Assembly (NCBI GenBank): GCA_017938725.1 | Contig: JAGBAW010000026.1 | Span: 9,014 to 73,013 of the forward strand | Length of the DNA stretch: 64,000 nt | Direction: 5' to 3' | DNA from: Bacilli bacterium | Lineage (GTDB): Bacteria > Bacillota_I > Bacilli_A > RF39 > UBA660 | In this document: positions 30,148 to 40,987 of the stretch, piece after piece | Numbering within the stretch: the stretch's first letter is position 1 | Layout of the letters: the number at the start of each line of letters is the position of its first letter | The notes under the pieces: model-generated | What the model saw: only the letters and a program-made list of their open reading frames with translations | Databases searched by the model: none | What the model was told of the DNA's origin: nothing | Program-made: the position numbers and the translations under genes

Positions 30148-31113
30148 TTAAAATTCAAAATATCTATTTTTTGCTTTATCATTACAATCTTTTCCACTTG
30201 AAAAAGAGGTATTTAAAAATATATTATCTAAATTATTTATATCATCATTTTTATATAAAATTTTATTTACATTATTTATAATTTTAAGTGCATTGAAGGT
30301 AGCGATATCATATAATTCTAAAAATGAATAATTATATGTTTCATCTTTATATCTTGGATGACACCATGTTTTTTTATTTAGATTAAGATAATATTCATCA
30401 TTATCTAAATCATATGCATAACTTATTGGAAAAAGTTTACTTGTTTTATCTGAAGTAATTTTATCAATAAGCTTATAGAATTTTAATTTTAATCTAAATG
30501 GATCATATCTAAGTAGTCTATAAGATATCCTCATATTAAATATTCCCTGTTTTAAATACAAAGACATATTATTAAATCCATATGTTTTCTTATATACATG
30601 ATTAACCATTTTACATAAAATTTTAGATACCTTGGTATTAAAACAAAATTTATGTATCTTAAATTTGTTTGGTAATATACCTTCTCTTTTATTTATCATA
30701 TATGCATCAATATAATTTTCCATATTGCTATGTTTAGTATTATACTTATATGTTTCTTTTCTTTTTTTATTAAAAATACCAGATTTATATGTAATATATG
30801 GATGAACTATAGAATCTAATGAATAATGGCATATATAGCCATACAAGAACGATATTATTTCATAATTGTTCTGTAAATCATTATCATATATATAAGTTAT
30901 CATATTTTTAAAAAAATCTCTTGTATTATGCTTATGCATATAATTACCAATTTTCCTTGTTTTGTTAAAATTAGTTATAAAAAAGAAAATATCATGACCC
31001 TGACTATATGTCTTTAAGTTTTCCTTATAATTTGATAGATTTTTTTTGATACTTTCATCCAGTTTGTTATAAACATCACTTGCAAAGTATGCATGAGTAA
31101 TTGTTCCAGCCAT
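30148..31113 (-). CDS. Zinc-dependent phospholipase C family-like protein with no signal peptide
   Basis: N-terminal MAGTITHAYFA (His near the N-terminus), HYSLDSIVHP (HY..D...HP, as in the alpha-toxin Zn site) and HSNMENY (H...E). Confidence 0.5.
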   Translation of the reverse strand: MAGTITHAYFASDVYNKLDESIKKNLSNYKENLKTYSQGHDIFFFITNFNKTRKIGNYMHKHNTRDFFKNMITYIYDNDLQNNYEIISFLYGYICHYSLDSIVHPYITYKSGIFNKKRKETYKYNTKHSNMENYIDAYMINKREGILPNKFKIHKFCFNTKVSKILCKMVNHVYKKTYGFNNMSLYLKQGIFNMRISYRLLRYDPFRLKLKFYKLIDKITSDKTSKLFPISYAYDLDNDEYYLNLNKKTWCHPRYKDETYNYSFLELYDIATFNALKIINNVNKILYKNDDINNLDNIFLNTSFSSGKDCNDKAKNRYFEF

Positions 31114-31287
31114 ATATTTATCACCCTACTAATTATAACAAAATTATATATAATTATAAATACATTAAATTTAGGTGTATAATCGGTATTCTCTTCTTTT
31201 TTTATTTTTATTTACTAAACTATTTAAAAAAAGTATAAATTCTGTTAAAATATAATATAGCAATTAAATATAAGGAAGTGTTAAAGG

Positions 31288-32070
31288 ATGGGTAAAATAA
31301 TATCATTAGTAAATCAAAAGGGGGGTGTAGGTAAAACTACAACTAGTATTAATTTAGCAGCGTCTTTAGGTTTGCTTGGGAAAAAAGTTTTACTAGTAGA
31401 TTTAGATCCCCAAGGTAATACAACCACAGGTGTAGGCATTGAAAAGGGAGATTTAAATGTAAGTATATATGATGCTCTAATAGGAACAATAAAGCCAGAA
31501 GAATCGGTAAAGAAGACTAAGTTTAAAAATCTAAGTATTATTCCATCTACAATTACTTTGGCGGGTATTGATATAGAATTTATGGAAAAGACAAGAGAGG
31601 ATTCAACGTTTTTTAAAGGTTCACAGTTAAAAAGAGTTCTATATGGACTAAGAGATAATTATGATTATGTTTTAATAGATTGTCCACCATCACTTGGAAT
31701 ACTTACAATAAATGCATTAACTGCAAGTGACTCAGTTCTTATACCAGTTCAATGTGAATATTTTGCACTTGAGGGTATAATGCAGCTTTTAAATACAATT
31801 ACTCAGGCTAGAAAAAACCTAAATCCAACACTTGAAATAGAAGGTGTAGTGCTTACTATGCTTGATTCTAGAACTAATTTAGGACTAGAGGTAGTTGAAA
31901 ATGTAAGAGGCTTTTTTAGAGAAAGAGTATATGATACTATAATCCCAAGATTAATAAGATTAACAGAAGCACCAAGCCATGGAAAACCAATAGCAAATTA
32001 TGACCCAACTAGTAGAGGAACTGAAGCATATATTAATTTAGCAAAGGAGGTTATTGCTAGAAATGAATGA
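31288..32070 (+). CDS. soj: Chromosome partitioning ATPase Soj/ParA
   Basis: Deviant Walker A KGGVGKTT. Confidence 0.9.
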   Translation: MGKIISLVNQKGGVGKTTTSINLAASLGLLGKKVLLVDLDPQGNTTTGVGIEKGDLNVSIYDALIGTIKPEESVKKTKFKNLSIIPSTITLAGIDIEFMEKTREDSTFFKGSQLKRVLYGLRDNYDYVLIDCPPSLGILTINALTASDSVLIPVQCEYFALEGIMQLLNTITQARKNLNPTLEIEGVVLTMLDSRTNLGLEVVENVRGFFRERVYDTIIPRLIRLTEAPSHGKPIANYDPTSRGTEAYINLAKEVIARNE

Positions 32071-32944
32071 TAAAAGAAAGGCACTTGGAAAAGGGCTAGA
32101 ACAATTATTTAGTGAGGAAGGTTTAAACTTTCAAGATTTAGAAACTTCTATAGTAGAAGAAGCAAAAAATAGTAATATGGTTGAAGAAATACCATTATCA
32201 GATTTAAGACCAAATCCATATCAACCTAGAAAAAATTTTGATGAAGAGGCATTAAATGAACTTGCAATCTCAATAAAAGAGCATGGTGTATTTCAACCAA
32301 TAATAGTTAAAAAAAGTATTAAAGGTTATGAAATTATTGCAGGTGAGCGAAGATTTAGAGCATCTAAACTAGCAGGGCTTACTACAATTCCCGCAATAGT
32401 TAAAGATTTTACGGATGAAGAAATGATGCAAATTGCACTTCTTGAAAATTTACAAAGGGAAAATTTAACAGCAATTGAGGAAGCAAAAGCATACAAGTCA
32501 ATAATAGAATCAATGAATATTACACAAGATGAACTTGCAAAAAAAGTAGGAAAAAGTAGAAGCCATATAACTAATATACTTGGGCTTTTAAAATTACCAG
32601 TATCAGTTCAAGATATGGTTTTATATAATAAAATTTCGATGGGACATGCTAGAGTTCTAAGTAAACTTGATGATGTAAAAAAACAAGAGGATTTAGCCCA
32701 AAGAGTTATAGATGAAGATCTAAGTGTTAGAAACTTAGAAAATTTAACATCTAATAGCACTCAAAAAATAGTTAATACGTCAAGAAAAAGAACAAATGAT
32801 GAATATAAATATATAGAAACATACCTAAAAGAGAAATTAGGAACAAGTGTTAAAGTAAGTAATGATAAAATATCAATTAAATTCTCAAGTATCCAAGATT
32901 TAAATAGAATATTGGAAATAATGAACATTGATATTGATGAATAA
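32063..32944 (+). CDS. spo0J: Chromosome partitioning protein Spo0J/ParB
   Basis: GERRFRA ParB box and HTH. Overlaps the soj stop. Confidence 0.85.
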   Translation: MNDKRKALGKGLEQLFSEEGLNFQDLETSIVEEAKNSNMVEEIPLSDLRPNPYQPRKNFDEEALNELAISIKEHGVFQPIIVKKSIKGYEIIAGERRFRASKLAGLTTIPAIVKDFTDEEMMQIALLENLQRENLTAIEEAKAYKSIIESMNITQDELAKKVGKSRSHITNILGLLKLPVSVQDMVLYNKISMGHARVLSKLDDVKKQEDLAQRVIDEDLSVRNLENLTSNSTQKIVNTSRKRTNDEYKYIETYLKEKLGTSVKVSNDKISIKFSSIQDLNRILEIMNIDIDE

Positions 32945-32958
32945 TATGGAGGATTATA

Positions 32959-33764
32959 TGAATATATTTGGTATAGAAATATCAGAAAAAATATATTTAC
33001 CAATTTTTATAATAATATGTGCTCTTATATTAGATTTAATTATAAATATAGTATTAAATAATAAAATAAAAATAAGTAAAAATCTAACTAAACATGAACA
33101 AAGAAGTAGAGAAACGGTATTAATATTAATAAAAAATATTATAAAATTCTTAATAATAGTTATAGTTATTTTAAGTATAATGCAGATATTAGGTGTTGAT
33201 ACAAGTGCATTAGTCGCAGGGGCAACTGCAATAAGTTTAGTAATAGGTCTTGCTTTCCAAGATATACTTAAGGACTTTTTAGTGGGTGTGGCAATAATAA
33301 TGGAAAGTCAATTTGCAATCGGAGAAATAGTAGAAATAAATGGATTTAAGGGAGAGGTAATTTCTTTAAATTTAAAAACTACGAGACTTAAATCATATAC
33401 AGGAGAAGTTAGAATAATATCTAATAGGGCAATTAGTGAAGTTACAAATTATAGTTTATGTGATGTTATTGTAAAAATAATTGTATCTGTTTCTTATGAG
33501 GATGATATCAAAAGGACAGAAAAAGTATTAGAAAAATTAGCATCTGAATTAAGTGAATCAATAACTGAATTAAAGGGTGGTATTAATATTAATGGGATAG
33601 ATTCATTATCATCTTCATCAGTTGATTTTCTAATTACTACAAAAACTAGTATTAAAAATGAGCAGATAGTAAAAAGAAAGATGCTCAGAGAAATTAAACT
33701 CGCCTTTGATAAAGAAAATATAAAAATACCATATCCACAAGTTGAGGTGCATTATGAAAAATAA
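32959..33764 (+). CDS. Small-conductance mechanosensitive channel (MscS family)
   Basis: TM helices followed by an MscS beta domain (IISNRAISEVTNYS). Confidence 0.75.
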
Positions 33765-33939
33765 TTATGAAGTAGGAAGTAAGGTAATAATGAAAAAAAG
33801 TCATCCCTGTGGTACAAACTTATGGCTTGTAGTAAGAACAGGCATAGATATAAAGCTACAATGTATAAATTGCGGTAGAACTATAATGATTCCAAGAATG
33901 GAATTTAACAAAAAATTAAAAAAAGTAGTGGAGGAATAA
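33754..33939 (+). CDS. DUF951 family small protein
   Basis: MKKSHPCGTNLW...CINCGR pattern. Typical position near spo0J in Firmicutes. Confidence 0.55.
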   Translation: MKNNYEVGSKVIMKKSHPCGTNLWLVVRTGIDIKLQCINCGRTIMIPRMEFNKKLKKVVEE

Positions 33940-33940
33940 T

Positions 33941-35452
33941 ATGGATAAAGAAAGCAAAAAATCTAGGTTGCATCCTGTTTGGTTTTTTATATTATTAATA
34001 ATTATCACAATAATATTAAGCGCAATTTTATCATTATTTAACTTTCAAGGAACCCAAACAGATATATCACTTGGATCATCTTCTACATCTGTTTTAACAG
34101 TAGAATCACTAATTAGCGAAGATGGTATTAAATTTATAATTTCGGAGTGTGTAAATAACTTTCTTAAATTTGCACCTCTTGGATCATTAATTGTAGGTCT
34201 TATTGGAGTAGGTCTTATGATAAAGGTAGGCTTACTTAAATCAATATTTAGTAAATGTACTAAATTTATTCCAAGAAAGACAATGTTCTTTATATTTTCT
34301 CTACTATGTATAGTGATGGGCTTTAGCTCAGATTTGGCATTTGTTATAATGATACCGATAGCAGCTATATTATTTACAGAGTATAAGCGAAGTCAAGTAA
34401 TTGGAATGACAATGGCCTTTGCATCAGTAGCAGCAGGTTCTAATATTAATCTATTTATAACATCAATAGATTATAGTTTGATAGAACTTGCTAAGCCGGC
34501 AGTTAATTTGATTGATCCTAACTATACATATGGGTATACTGGTAATTTATTCTTTATAGTTATTTCTAGCCTTCTTTTAGCACTATTAATAACAATAATT
34601 ACGGACATATTAAGTAAGACAAGACCTGTCCGAATTGGTAATGATGAATCTGAAATAAGTGAAAAATTAGATAAGAAGGGTCTAAAAAGGGTCTTTATAA
34701 CTCTTGGAATTTTAATAGTAATATTTGTATATTCCATAATTCCTAATTTACCATTATCAGGATTTTTACTTGACTCTAAACAAACACTATATGTTAATAA
34801 ATTGTTTAGCGCAAATGCCCCATTTGTTAATGGTATTTTGTACATAGTATCATTTGCATTTGTATTGTGTGCAATTGTATATGGCATAACAACTAAACAA
34901 ATAAAAAATGAAAAAGATGTAATTAAATATTTATCAAATAGTCTAAATGGATTAGGTGAAATGTTATTACTCTTATTTGTAGCATCACAATTTATATCAT
35001 TGTTTAAATATACAAATATTGGTAATGTTATTACTGTAAATATATTTAATTTAATTGAATCCTCAGGAGTTTCATTCGTAGTATTAATATTATTAGCATT
35101 TTTAGGTATAGCAATTTCAAACATATTTGTCACATCAATATCTACAAAATGGACGCTTTTTGTTCCGGGCCTTATTCCATTATTTATGAAATCTAATATT
35201 ACCCCAGAATTTACAGGCGCTATATTTAGGGTAGCATCTTCAGTAACAAATCTAATATCACCTGTACTTCCTTATTTTGTAATATTCATAGGATTTATCG
35301 GTCTATATAGTAAAAGTGATTTCAATATAAAGAAATGTTATAAATTAATAATGCCATATTTTATATCTATAGCAATATTATGGTTATTTATAATATTTAG
35401 CTTCTATGTATTAAAGGCCCCAATAGGACCAGGTGTATATCCAACTATCTAA
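33941..35452 (+). CDS. AbgT family transporter
   Basis: N-terminus HPVWFFILLII...LSAILS and C-terminus APIGPGVYP align with E. coli AbgT. Confidence 0.65.
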   Translation: MDKESKKSRLHPVWFFILLIIITIILSAILSLFNFQGTQTDISLGSSSTSVLTVESLISEDGIKFIISECVNNFLKFAPLGSLIVGLIGVGLMIKVGLLKSIFSKCTKFIPRKTMFFIFSLLCIVMGFSSDLAFVIMIPIAAILFTEYKRSQVIGMTMAFASVAAGSNINLFITSIDYSLIELAKPAVNLIDPNYTYGYTGNLFFIVISSLLLALLITIITDILSKTRPVRIGNDESEISEKLDKKGLKRVFITLGILIVIFVYSIIPNLPLSGFLLDSKQTLYVNKLFSANAPFVNGILYIVSFAFVLCAIVYGITTKQIKNEKDVIKYLSNSLNGLGEMLLLLFVASQFISLFKYTNIGNVITVNIFNLIESSGVSFVVLILLAFLGIAISNIFVTSISTKWTLFVPGLIPLFMKSNITPEFTGAIFRVASSVTNLISPVLPYFVIFIGFIGLYSKSDFNIKKCYKLIMPYFISIAILWLFIIFSFYVLKAPIGPGVYPTI

Positions 35453-35523
35453 AACAGTCAATTGATTTGATTGTTTTTTTCTTTTACTTAGGTTATAATA
35501 TAACAAGCTCTGGATGTGATTAC

Positions 35524-36000
35524 ATGGGAAATTTAGAATTTAAAATAATTAGCTATAATAGTGAGGAATACTATGATATAAAAATGAAGTTGCACAACTG
35601 GGATAATAAACACACCTATTTTCATACCGAATGTGAAGATGATTTTGAATTAGAAACTTTGCTTTCAAAGCATAAATATTCAGTTGCACTTTATGAATGT
35701 AATAATATAGTTGGATATGGGGAGATTGCTAATTATTATAGTAGTATTTCTGCAAAGAGTAATATATTAACTCCAAATTTGAAAATATCATGTATTATAA
35801 ATCCTCGATATAGAAAAAAGGGTTATGGCAAGATATTACTTGAATACTTAATAATTTTTTGTAAAAGAAAATATGATAACTGCATTCTTGAAGCCGAAAT
35901 ATTAAAGAAAAATAAAGCATGTCTTAAGTTAATAAATGATAATGAATTTAAATTAGTTCAATCTAAGAAAAAGAGTCTAGTTTTTAAAAAGAAATTATAA
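35524..36000 (+). CDS. GNAT family N-acetyltransferase
   Basis: CoA-binding motif RYRKKGYGKILL. Confidence 0.65.
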   Translation: MGNLEFKIISYNSEEYYDIKMKLHNWDNKHTYFHTECEDDFELETLLSKHKYSVALYECNNIVGYGEIANYYSSISAKSNILTPNLKISCIINPRYRKKGYGKILLEYLIIFCKRKYDNCILEAEILKKNKACLKLINDNEFKLVQSKKKSLVFKKKL

Positions 36001-36063
36001 AATATGATTTATTATAATTGTCAATTATGATATACTATAAAAAGAAATGTGTGAGGTGTAAAG

Positions 36064-37161
36064 ATGGGTTTAACAGCAGGAATAGTAGGGCTACCTAATG
36101 TGGGTAAATCTACGTTATTTAATGCAATTACAAAAAAAAATATATTAGCGGCAAATTATCCATTTGCGACAATTGATCCAAATGTAGGAGTTGTAGTAGT
36201 ACCTGATAAAAGACTTGCTAAATTAGAAGAGATGGTACTACCAGAAAACGTTGTACCAACTTCTTTTGAATTTATTGATATTGCGGGGCTCGTAAAGGGT
36301 GCATCAAAAGGGGAAGGTCTTGGTAATAAGTTTTTATCACATATTAGAGAAGTAGATGCTATATGTGAGGTAGTTAGATGTTTTGATGATGAAAATATTA
36401 CACATGTTGAGGGTAATACGGATCCTATTAGAGATATAGAAATAATAAATTTAGAATTAATATTTTCTGACTTAGAGGTTATAAATTCTAGGATAGGAAG
36501 AATAGAGAAAAAAGCAATATCTACTAAAGATAAAGAAGCTTTATTTGAAGTACAATTAATGAAGAAAGTAAAGGATGCTTTAGAAAAAAATATTCCTGCT
36601 AGAAGATTAGAATATACAGAAGATGAAGAAAAAATATTAAAATCATTTAATTTACTTACAAAGAAACCTTTAATATATGTTACAAACGTAAGTGAAGAGG
36701 ATATAAATACAGGTAATATTTACGTTGATAAGGTAAAAGAGTATGCTAGTAAAGAAAATTCTGAAGTAATTATAGTATCAGCTAAAATGGAAAGCGAGCT
36801 TAGTGAATTAAACGAAGAAGATAAAGAAATATTCCTAGAAGAATTAGGTATAAATGAAAGTGGACTTAATAAGTTAATAAATGCTACTTATTCTCTTTTA
36901 GGTCTTGCAACCTATTTTACCGCAGGGCCTAAAGAAGTAAAAGCTTGGACATTTAAAAAAGGTATGAAAGCACCTGCTTGTGCTGGAATAATTCATAGTG
37001 ATTTTGAAAAAGGATTTATAAAAGCAGAAGTAATATCTTTTTCTGATTATGTCTTATATAATGGTGAGAAGGGTGCTAAGGAAAATGGTAAAGTGCGTTT
37101 AGAGGGAAAAGAATATGAAATGCAAGATGGAGATATATGTCTATTTAGATTTAATGTATAA
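36064..37161 (+). CDS. ychF: Ribosome-binding ATPase YchF
   Basis: GLPNVGKST and NxxD motifs plus a TGS domain. Confidence 0.95.
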   Translation: MGLTAGIVGLPNVGKSTLFNAITKKNILAANYPFATIDPNVGVVVVPDKRLAKLEEMVLPENVVPTSFEFIDIAGLVKGASKGEGLGNKFLSHIREVDAICEVVRCFDDENITHVEGNTDPIRDIEIINLELIFSDLEVINSRIGRIEKKAISTKDKEALFEVQLMKKVKDALEKNIPARRLEYTEDEEKILKSFNLLTKKPLIYVTNVSEEDINTGNIYVDKVKEYASKENSEVIIVSAKMESELSELNEEDKEIFLEELGINESGLNKLINATYSLLGLATYFTAGPKEVKAWTFKKGMKAPACAGIIHSDFEKGFIKAEVISFSDYVLYNGEKGAKENGKVRLEGKEYEMQDGDICLFRFNV

Positions 37162-37172
37162 AAAAGAGGTAA

Positions 37173-37484
37173 TTAAAAACCTCTTTTATTTTTTATATAA
37201 AACCATACACCACATGTACCAATTACTAAAGTAAAAACGCTAAAATAAACAAATACATCATTATTTTTTACTTCTTGTTTAATTTTACTATTATTATATT
37301 CAGGTATATCCATTCCATTATAATTACCATTTATAGGTTCATTTTCAAATCCTTTGCTATCAGTAGCAATCGCAATTATTATACTAATAATTAATGGAAT
37401 AAATAATAAAATTATTGTATATTTTATAGCTTTCTTTTTCATATAATCCAATTCCTTTAACAAATAAAAGTATATCACTAACAT
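37173..37484 (-). CDS. Small membrane protein
   Basis: 103 aa with two TM helices. Confidence 0.35.
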   Translation of the reverse strand: MLVIYFYLLKELDYMKKKAIKYTIILLFIPLIISIIIAIATDSKGFENEPINGNYNGMDIPEYNNSKIKQEVKNNDVFVYFSVFTLVIGTCGVWFYIKNKRGF

Positions 37485-37625
37485 ACATAAAAATCAATAA
37501 AATAATTTTACTTTTATTTTATAATTTGTTTACATTTTAATTTGTTTTTGTTATAATACTTGTGCGAGTATTAATTTACTCTCTGCCTAAATATTTAGGC
37601 CATTAGTCCAAAGGGAGGTGTAAAA

Positions 37626-37910
37626 ATGAAATATGAAATTTTATTCATTGTTAGACCAGATTTAGAAGAAAGTGCAATTAAGGATGTTTTCAAAAATTTT
37701 GAGGCAATTTTAGTTGATAATGGAGCTAAAGTTTTAAGCTCTAAAGAACTTGGTCAAAAAGAATTAGCTTATGAAATAAAAAAACATAAAAGTGGATATT
37801 ATTTCTTAATTAATGTTGAATCGGATTCAGATGCAATAAATGAATTTGATAGAAAAGCTACATTAAGTGAAGATGTAATACGTCATATAGTAATAAAATT
37901 AGATAAATAA
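37626..37910 (+). CDS. rpsF: 30S ribosomal protein S6
   Basis: MKYEILFIVRPDLEE. Confidence 0.9.
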   Translation: MKYEILFIVRPDLEESAIKDVFKNFEAILVDNGAKVLSSKELGQKELAYEIKKHKSGYYFLINVESDSDAINEFDRKATLSEDVIRHIVIKLDK

Positions 37911-37933
37911 AAGAAAAGTAGGTGCATTATATT

Positions 37934-38395
37934 ATGAATAAAGTAATGTTAATTGGAAGAATAACAAGAGACCCAGAACTAAGATATACTAGTTCTAATA
38001 TCCCAACTGTTAGATTTACTTTAGCAGTAAATAGACCATTTGGAAACCAAAATGGGGAAAGAGAAACAGATTTTATAAATATTGTTGTTTGGAGAAAGCA
38101 AGCAGAAAACGTAAAAAAATATGTTACAAAAGGAAGTTTGGTTGCTGTTGAAGGTAGAATTCAAACAGGTAGTTACGAAAAGGATGGACAAAGAATTTAT
38201 ACTACAGATGTAGTCGCTGATAATGTTCAATTCTTAGAATCTAAATCACAATCTCAAAATAGAATGCAAGAAGAAGTAACACCAGCTGACTTTGCTTTTA
38301 ATAATGATAGTGCGCAAACAACTGATATGAGTGAAGAAGTATTTGCTGATTTTGGTGATTCAATTGAAATTAGTGATGATGATATAGCATTTTAA
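37934..38395 (+). CDS. ssb: Single-stranded DNA-binding protein
   Basis: [19 protein letters not shown] and an acidic C-terminus DDDIAF. Confidence 0.9.
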   Translation: MNKVMLIGRITRDPELRYTSSNIPTVRFTLAVNRPFGNQNGERETDFINIVVWRKQAENVKKYVTKGSLVAVEGRIQTGSYEKDGQRIYTTDVVADNVQFLESKSQSQNRMQEEVTPADFAFNNDSAQTTDMSEEVFADFGDSIEISDDDIAF

Positions 38396-38417
38396 TATAG
38401 AATAGGAGGTATGAGCT

Positions 38418-38633
38418 TTGGCTGAATACAGAAAGAAAAGAAAAAAAGTATGCCAATTATGTGCTGGTAAAGAATTAGATTATAAAAACGCAGAAGACTT
38501 ACGTAAATATATAAATGAAAAAGGTAAAATATTACCTAGAAGAGTTACTGGTACATGTGCAAAACATCAAAGAATAGTAGCAACTCAAGTAAAAAGGGCA
38601 CGTATGATGGCAATTTTACCATTTACTAAATAG
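38418..38633 (+). CDS. rpsR: 30S ribosomal protein S18
   Basis: TTG start after a GGAGGT ribosome-binding site. C-terminus [20 protein letters not shown]. Confidence 0.85.
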   Translation: MAEYRKKRKKVCQLCAGKELDYKNAEDLRKYINEKGKILPRRVTGTCAKHQRIVATQVKRARMMAILPFTK

Positions 38634-38658
38634 AACTTTTATGAAGTGATATAAAAAA

Positions 38659-38689
38659 AGTAAACAGAAAAAAACTGTTTACTTTTTTA
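38659..38689 (+). terminator. Rho-independent terminator after the rpsF-ssb-rpsR operon
   Basis: agtaaacag-a7-ctgtttact plus T6. Confidence 0.65.
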
Positions 38690-38879
38690 TAATGAACATC
38701 AAGATTTTCATAAAGGTCTTTCCTTAAATTTTTAAGACTACTACGCAAATTAAAAATTTCAATAATATTATCAATTATAGTATTTGATAATATATATTCA
38801 TTATTATTTGAATATGATGTATTAAATTTGATATTCGTTTATTATTTAAATTTTTCTTATTTTTTCGTATCCAAGGATT

Positions 38880-39040
38880 ATATAAATCCAGCCTAATTTT
38901 TCATACATTTTATTGATTGACCATATTTCAGCAATATTATATTTTTCACGATATTTACCATTGAGCACTTTACCTTAAAAAAATTCTTGAGAATAACTAT
39001 CTTCTAAATCTTACAAGTATCTTTTTTCATATAAAAATCT
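38880..39040 (-). pseudogene. Possible decayed small ORF in the rpsR-rplI gap
   Basis: The minus strand reads MKKDTCKI*KIVILKNFF, then after a frameshift GKVLNGKYREKYNIAEIWSINKMYEKLGWIY. It is coding-like but interrupted. Confidence 0.2.
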
Positions 39041-39188
39041 CCAAAATATTTTAGTATTTATTATAATACAAAATATGAAAAGGCAAATGATTTTTATTAA
39101 TTATTTTTCTTTGGGCTAATTACTGACATATATCAAAATTTGTTGTATAATATAACTAGCATAATTATTTTGAAAAGAGGTGCCTATT

Positions 39189-39632
39189 ATGAAAGTTATA
39201 TTTTTAAAAGATGTAAGAGGTCAAGGGAAAAAAGACGAAATAAAAGAAGTTAAAGATGGTTATGCAGAAAACTATTTAATAAAAAATGGCTATGCAATAA
39301 AATATACAAATAGAAGTGGAGAAATTTTAAATAATCAAATTTTTACAAGAAAAAAGGAAGAAGAAGAGCTAATAAAAGAATGTGAAAAAATAAAAAAGGA
39401 ACTAGAAAGAATTGAAGTAGTATTTAAAGTAAAAACAGGTAAGGAAGATAAAGTATTTGGTACTATTTCAAGTAAACAAATATCAGAGGAATTAAATAAA
39501 AAAGGTTATAGTATAGATAAGAAAAAGATTATTATAAATAATCAAATTAATACTTTAGGCATAACAATAGTAGATGTAGTTTTACATTCTAAGGTAATTT
39601 GTAAATTAAAAATAAAGTTAATTAAGGAGTAG
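39189..39632 (+). CDS. rplI: 50S ribosomal protein L9
   Basis: [18 protein letters not shown]. Confidence 0.9.
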   Translation: MKVIFLKDVRGQGKKDEIKEVKDGYAENYLIKNGYAIKYTNRSGEILNNQIFTRKKEEEELIKECEKIKKELERIEVVFKVKTGKEDKVFGTISSKQISEELNKKGYSIDKKKIIINNQINTLGITIVDVVLHSKVICKLKIKLIKE

Positions 39633-39635
39633 TAT

Positions 39636-40976
39636 ATGGATAAAAGAAATATGCCATACAGTTTAGAAGCTGAACAATCGGTATTAGGATCAGCTTTTTT
39701 ATCTAAGTATGCGCTTCAAAAATTATGTGATGAACTATCTAGAGACGATTTTTATTTAGAATCGCATATGAAAATATATGATGTTTTATCTGAACTTAAT
39801 GAAGAGGGAAAACCTATAGATATAACTATAGTTACTGATAAATTAGAGAAAAATAAAACATTGTCTAGCATAGGGAATATAGAATATTTATTAGAGGTTA
39901 TTAATTCAGTACCAAGTGCATCAAATATTGATTATTATATAAATATAGTACATGAAAAAGCATTACTTAGAAGATTAATTAGTGTTACTAACGATATAGC
40001 AGGAGAGGCTTATTTAGAAAATGGTAATGTTAATGATATATTAGATGGCGCAGAGGCAAAAATATTAAATGTTGTTAAAACAAGAAAATCATCAGAGTTT
40101 CATAAAATTCAAGATGTTGTTTTTAAAGCGCAAGAAAACCTAGAAAAATTATGTAATCAAAAAGGTGAAATTACAGGACTTGCGACTGGTTTTTATGAAA
40201 TAGATAAATTAACTAGTGGACTACACGAAAATGAATTTATAATAATTGCAGCAAGACCTGCGATGGGTAAAACAGCATTTGCACTTAATATTGCGACTAA
40301 TATTGCTAAGACAACAAATAAAGCAGTTGCCTTATTTAACCTTGAAATGAACGCTGAACAATTAGTTACTCGTATGTTTTCATCTCTAGCACAAGTGGAA
40401 GGTACTAAACTTAGAACAGGAAAACTCGATAATAATGATTGGGCCAAATTAAGTGAAGGGATAAGTCAGCTTGCTGATACTAATATATATATTGATGATA
40501 CACCTGGTATTACAATTGGAGATATAAGAAGTAAATGTAGAAGACTTGAAGCATCAAAAGAAGGACTTGGAATAGTTATAATAGATTACTTACAACTTAT
40601 TTCAGGTAGTAACAAATATGCTGGAAATAGGCAACAAGAAGTATCAGAAATATCAAGAGGTCTTAAAATGATGGCTTTGGAACTAGGCGTTCCTGTAATT
40701 GCACTTGCACAGTTATCTCGTGCTGTTGAGGGAAGAGATGATAAAAGACCACTTATGAGTGATTTAAGGGAATCAGGATCTATTGAACAAGATGCAGATA
40801 TAGTAGCATTCCTTTACAGAGATGATTATTATAATAAAGAGGCAAGAATGGAAGGTAATATAAGCATTAGTGAATTTATAGTAGCTAAACATCGTAATGG
40901 CCCAACTGCTACTATAGAACTTTTATTTAAGAAAAATACTAGTACTTTTGCAAATTATAGTAAAGAAGAAGTATAG
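39636..40976 (+). CDS. dnaB: Replicative DNA helicase (DnaB type)
   Basis: Walker A ARPAMGKTAF, and the arginine-finger region SQLSRAVE. Confidence 0.95.
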   Translation: MDKRNMPYSLEAEQSVLGSAFLSKYALQKLCDELSRDDFYLESHMKIYDVLSELNEEGKPIDITIVTDKLEKNKTLSSIGNIEYLLEVINSVPSASNIDYYINIVHEKALLRRLISVTNDIAGEAYLENGNVNDILDGAEAKILNVVKTRKSSEFHKIQDVVFKAQENLEKLCNQKGEITGLATGFYEIDKLTSGLHENEFIIIAARPAMGKTAFALNIATNIAKTTNKAVALFNLEMNAEQLVTRMFSSLAQVEGTKLRTGKLDNNDWAKLSEGISQLADTNIYIDDTPGITIGDIRSKCRRLEASKEGLGIVIIDYLQLISGSNKYAGNRQQEVSEISRGLKMMALELGVPVIALAQLSRAVEGRDDKRPLMSDLRESGSIEQDADIVAFLYRDDYYNKEARMEGNISISEFIVAKHRNGPTATIELLFKKNTSTFANYSKEEV

Positions 40977-40987
40977 GAGGTAACTTT

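Noticed and set aside
31114-32944. A noc-like second ParB upstream of soj
   Set aside because: The gene upstream of soj is on the opposite strand and is the PLC-like protein. Only one ParB homolog is present.
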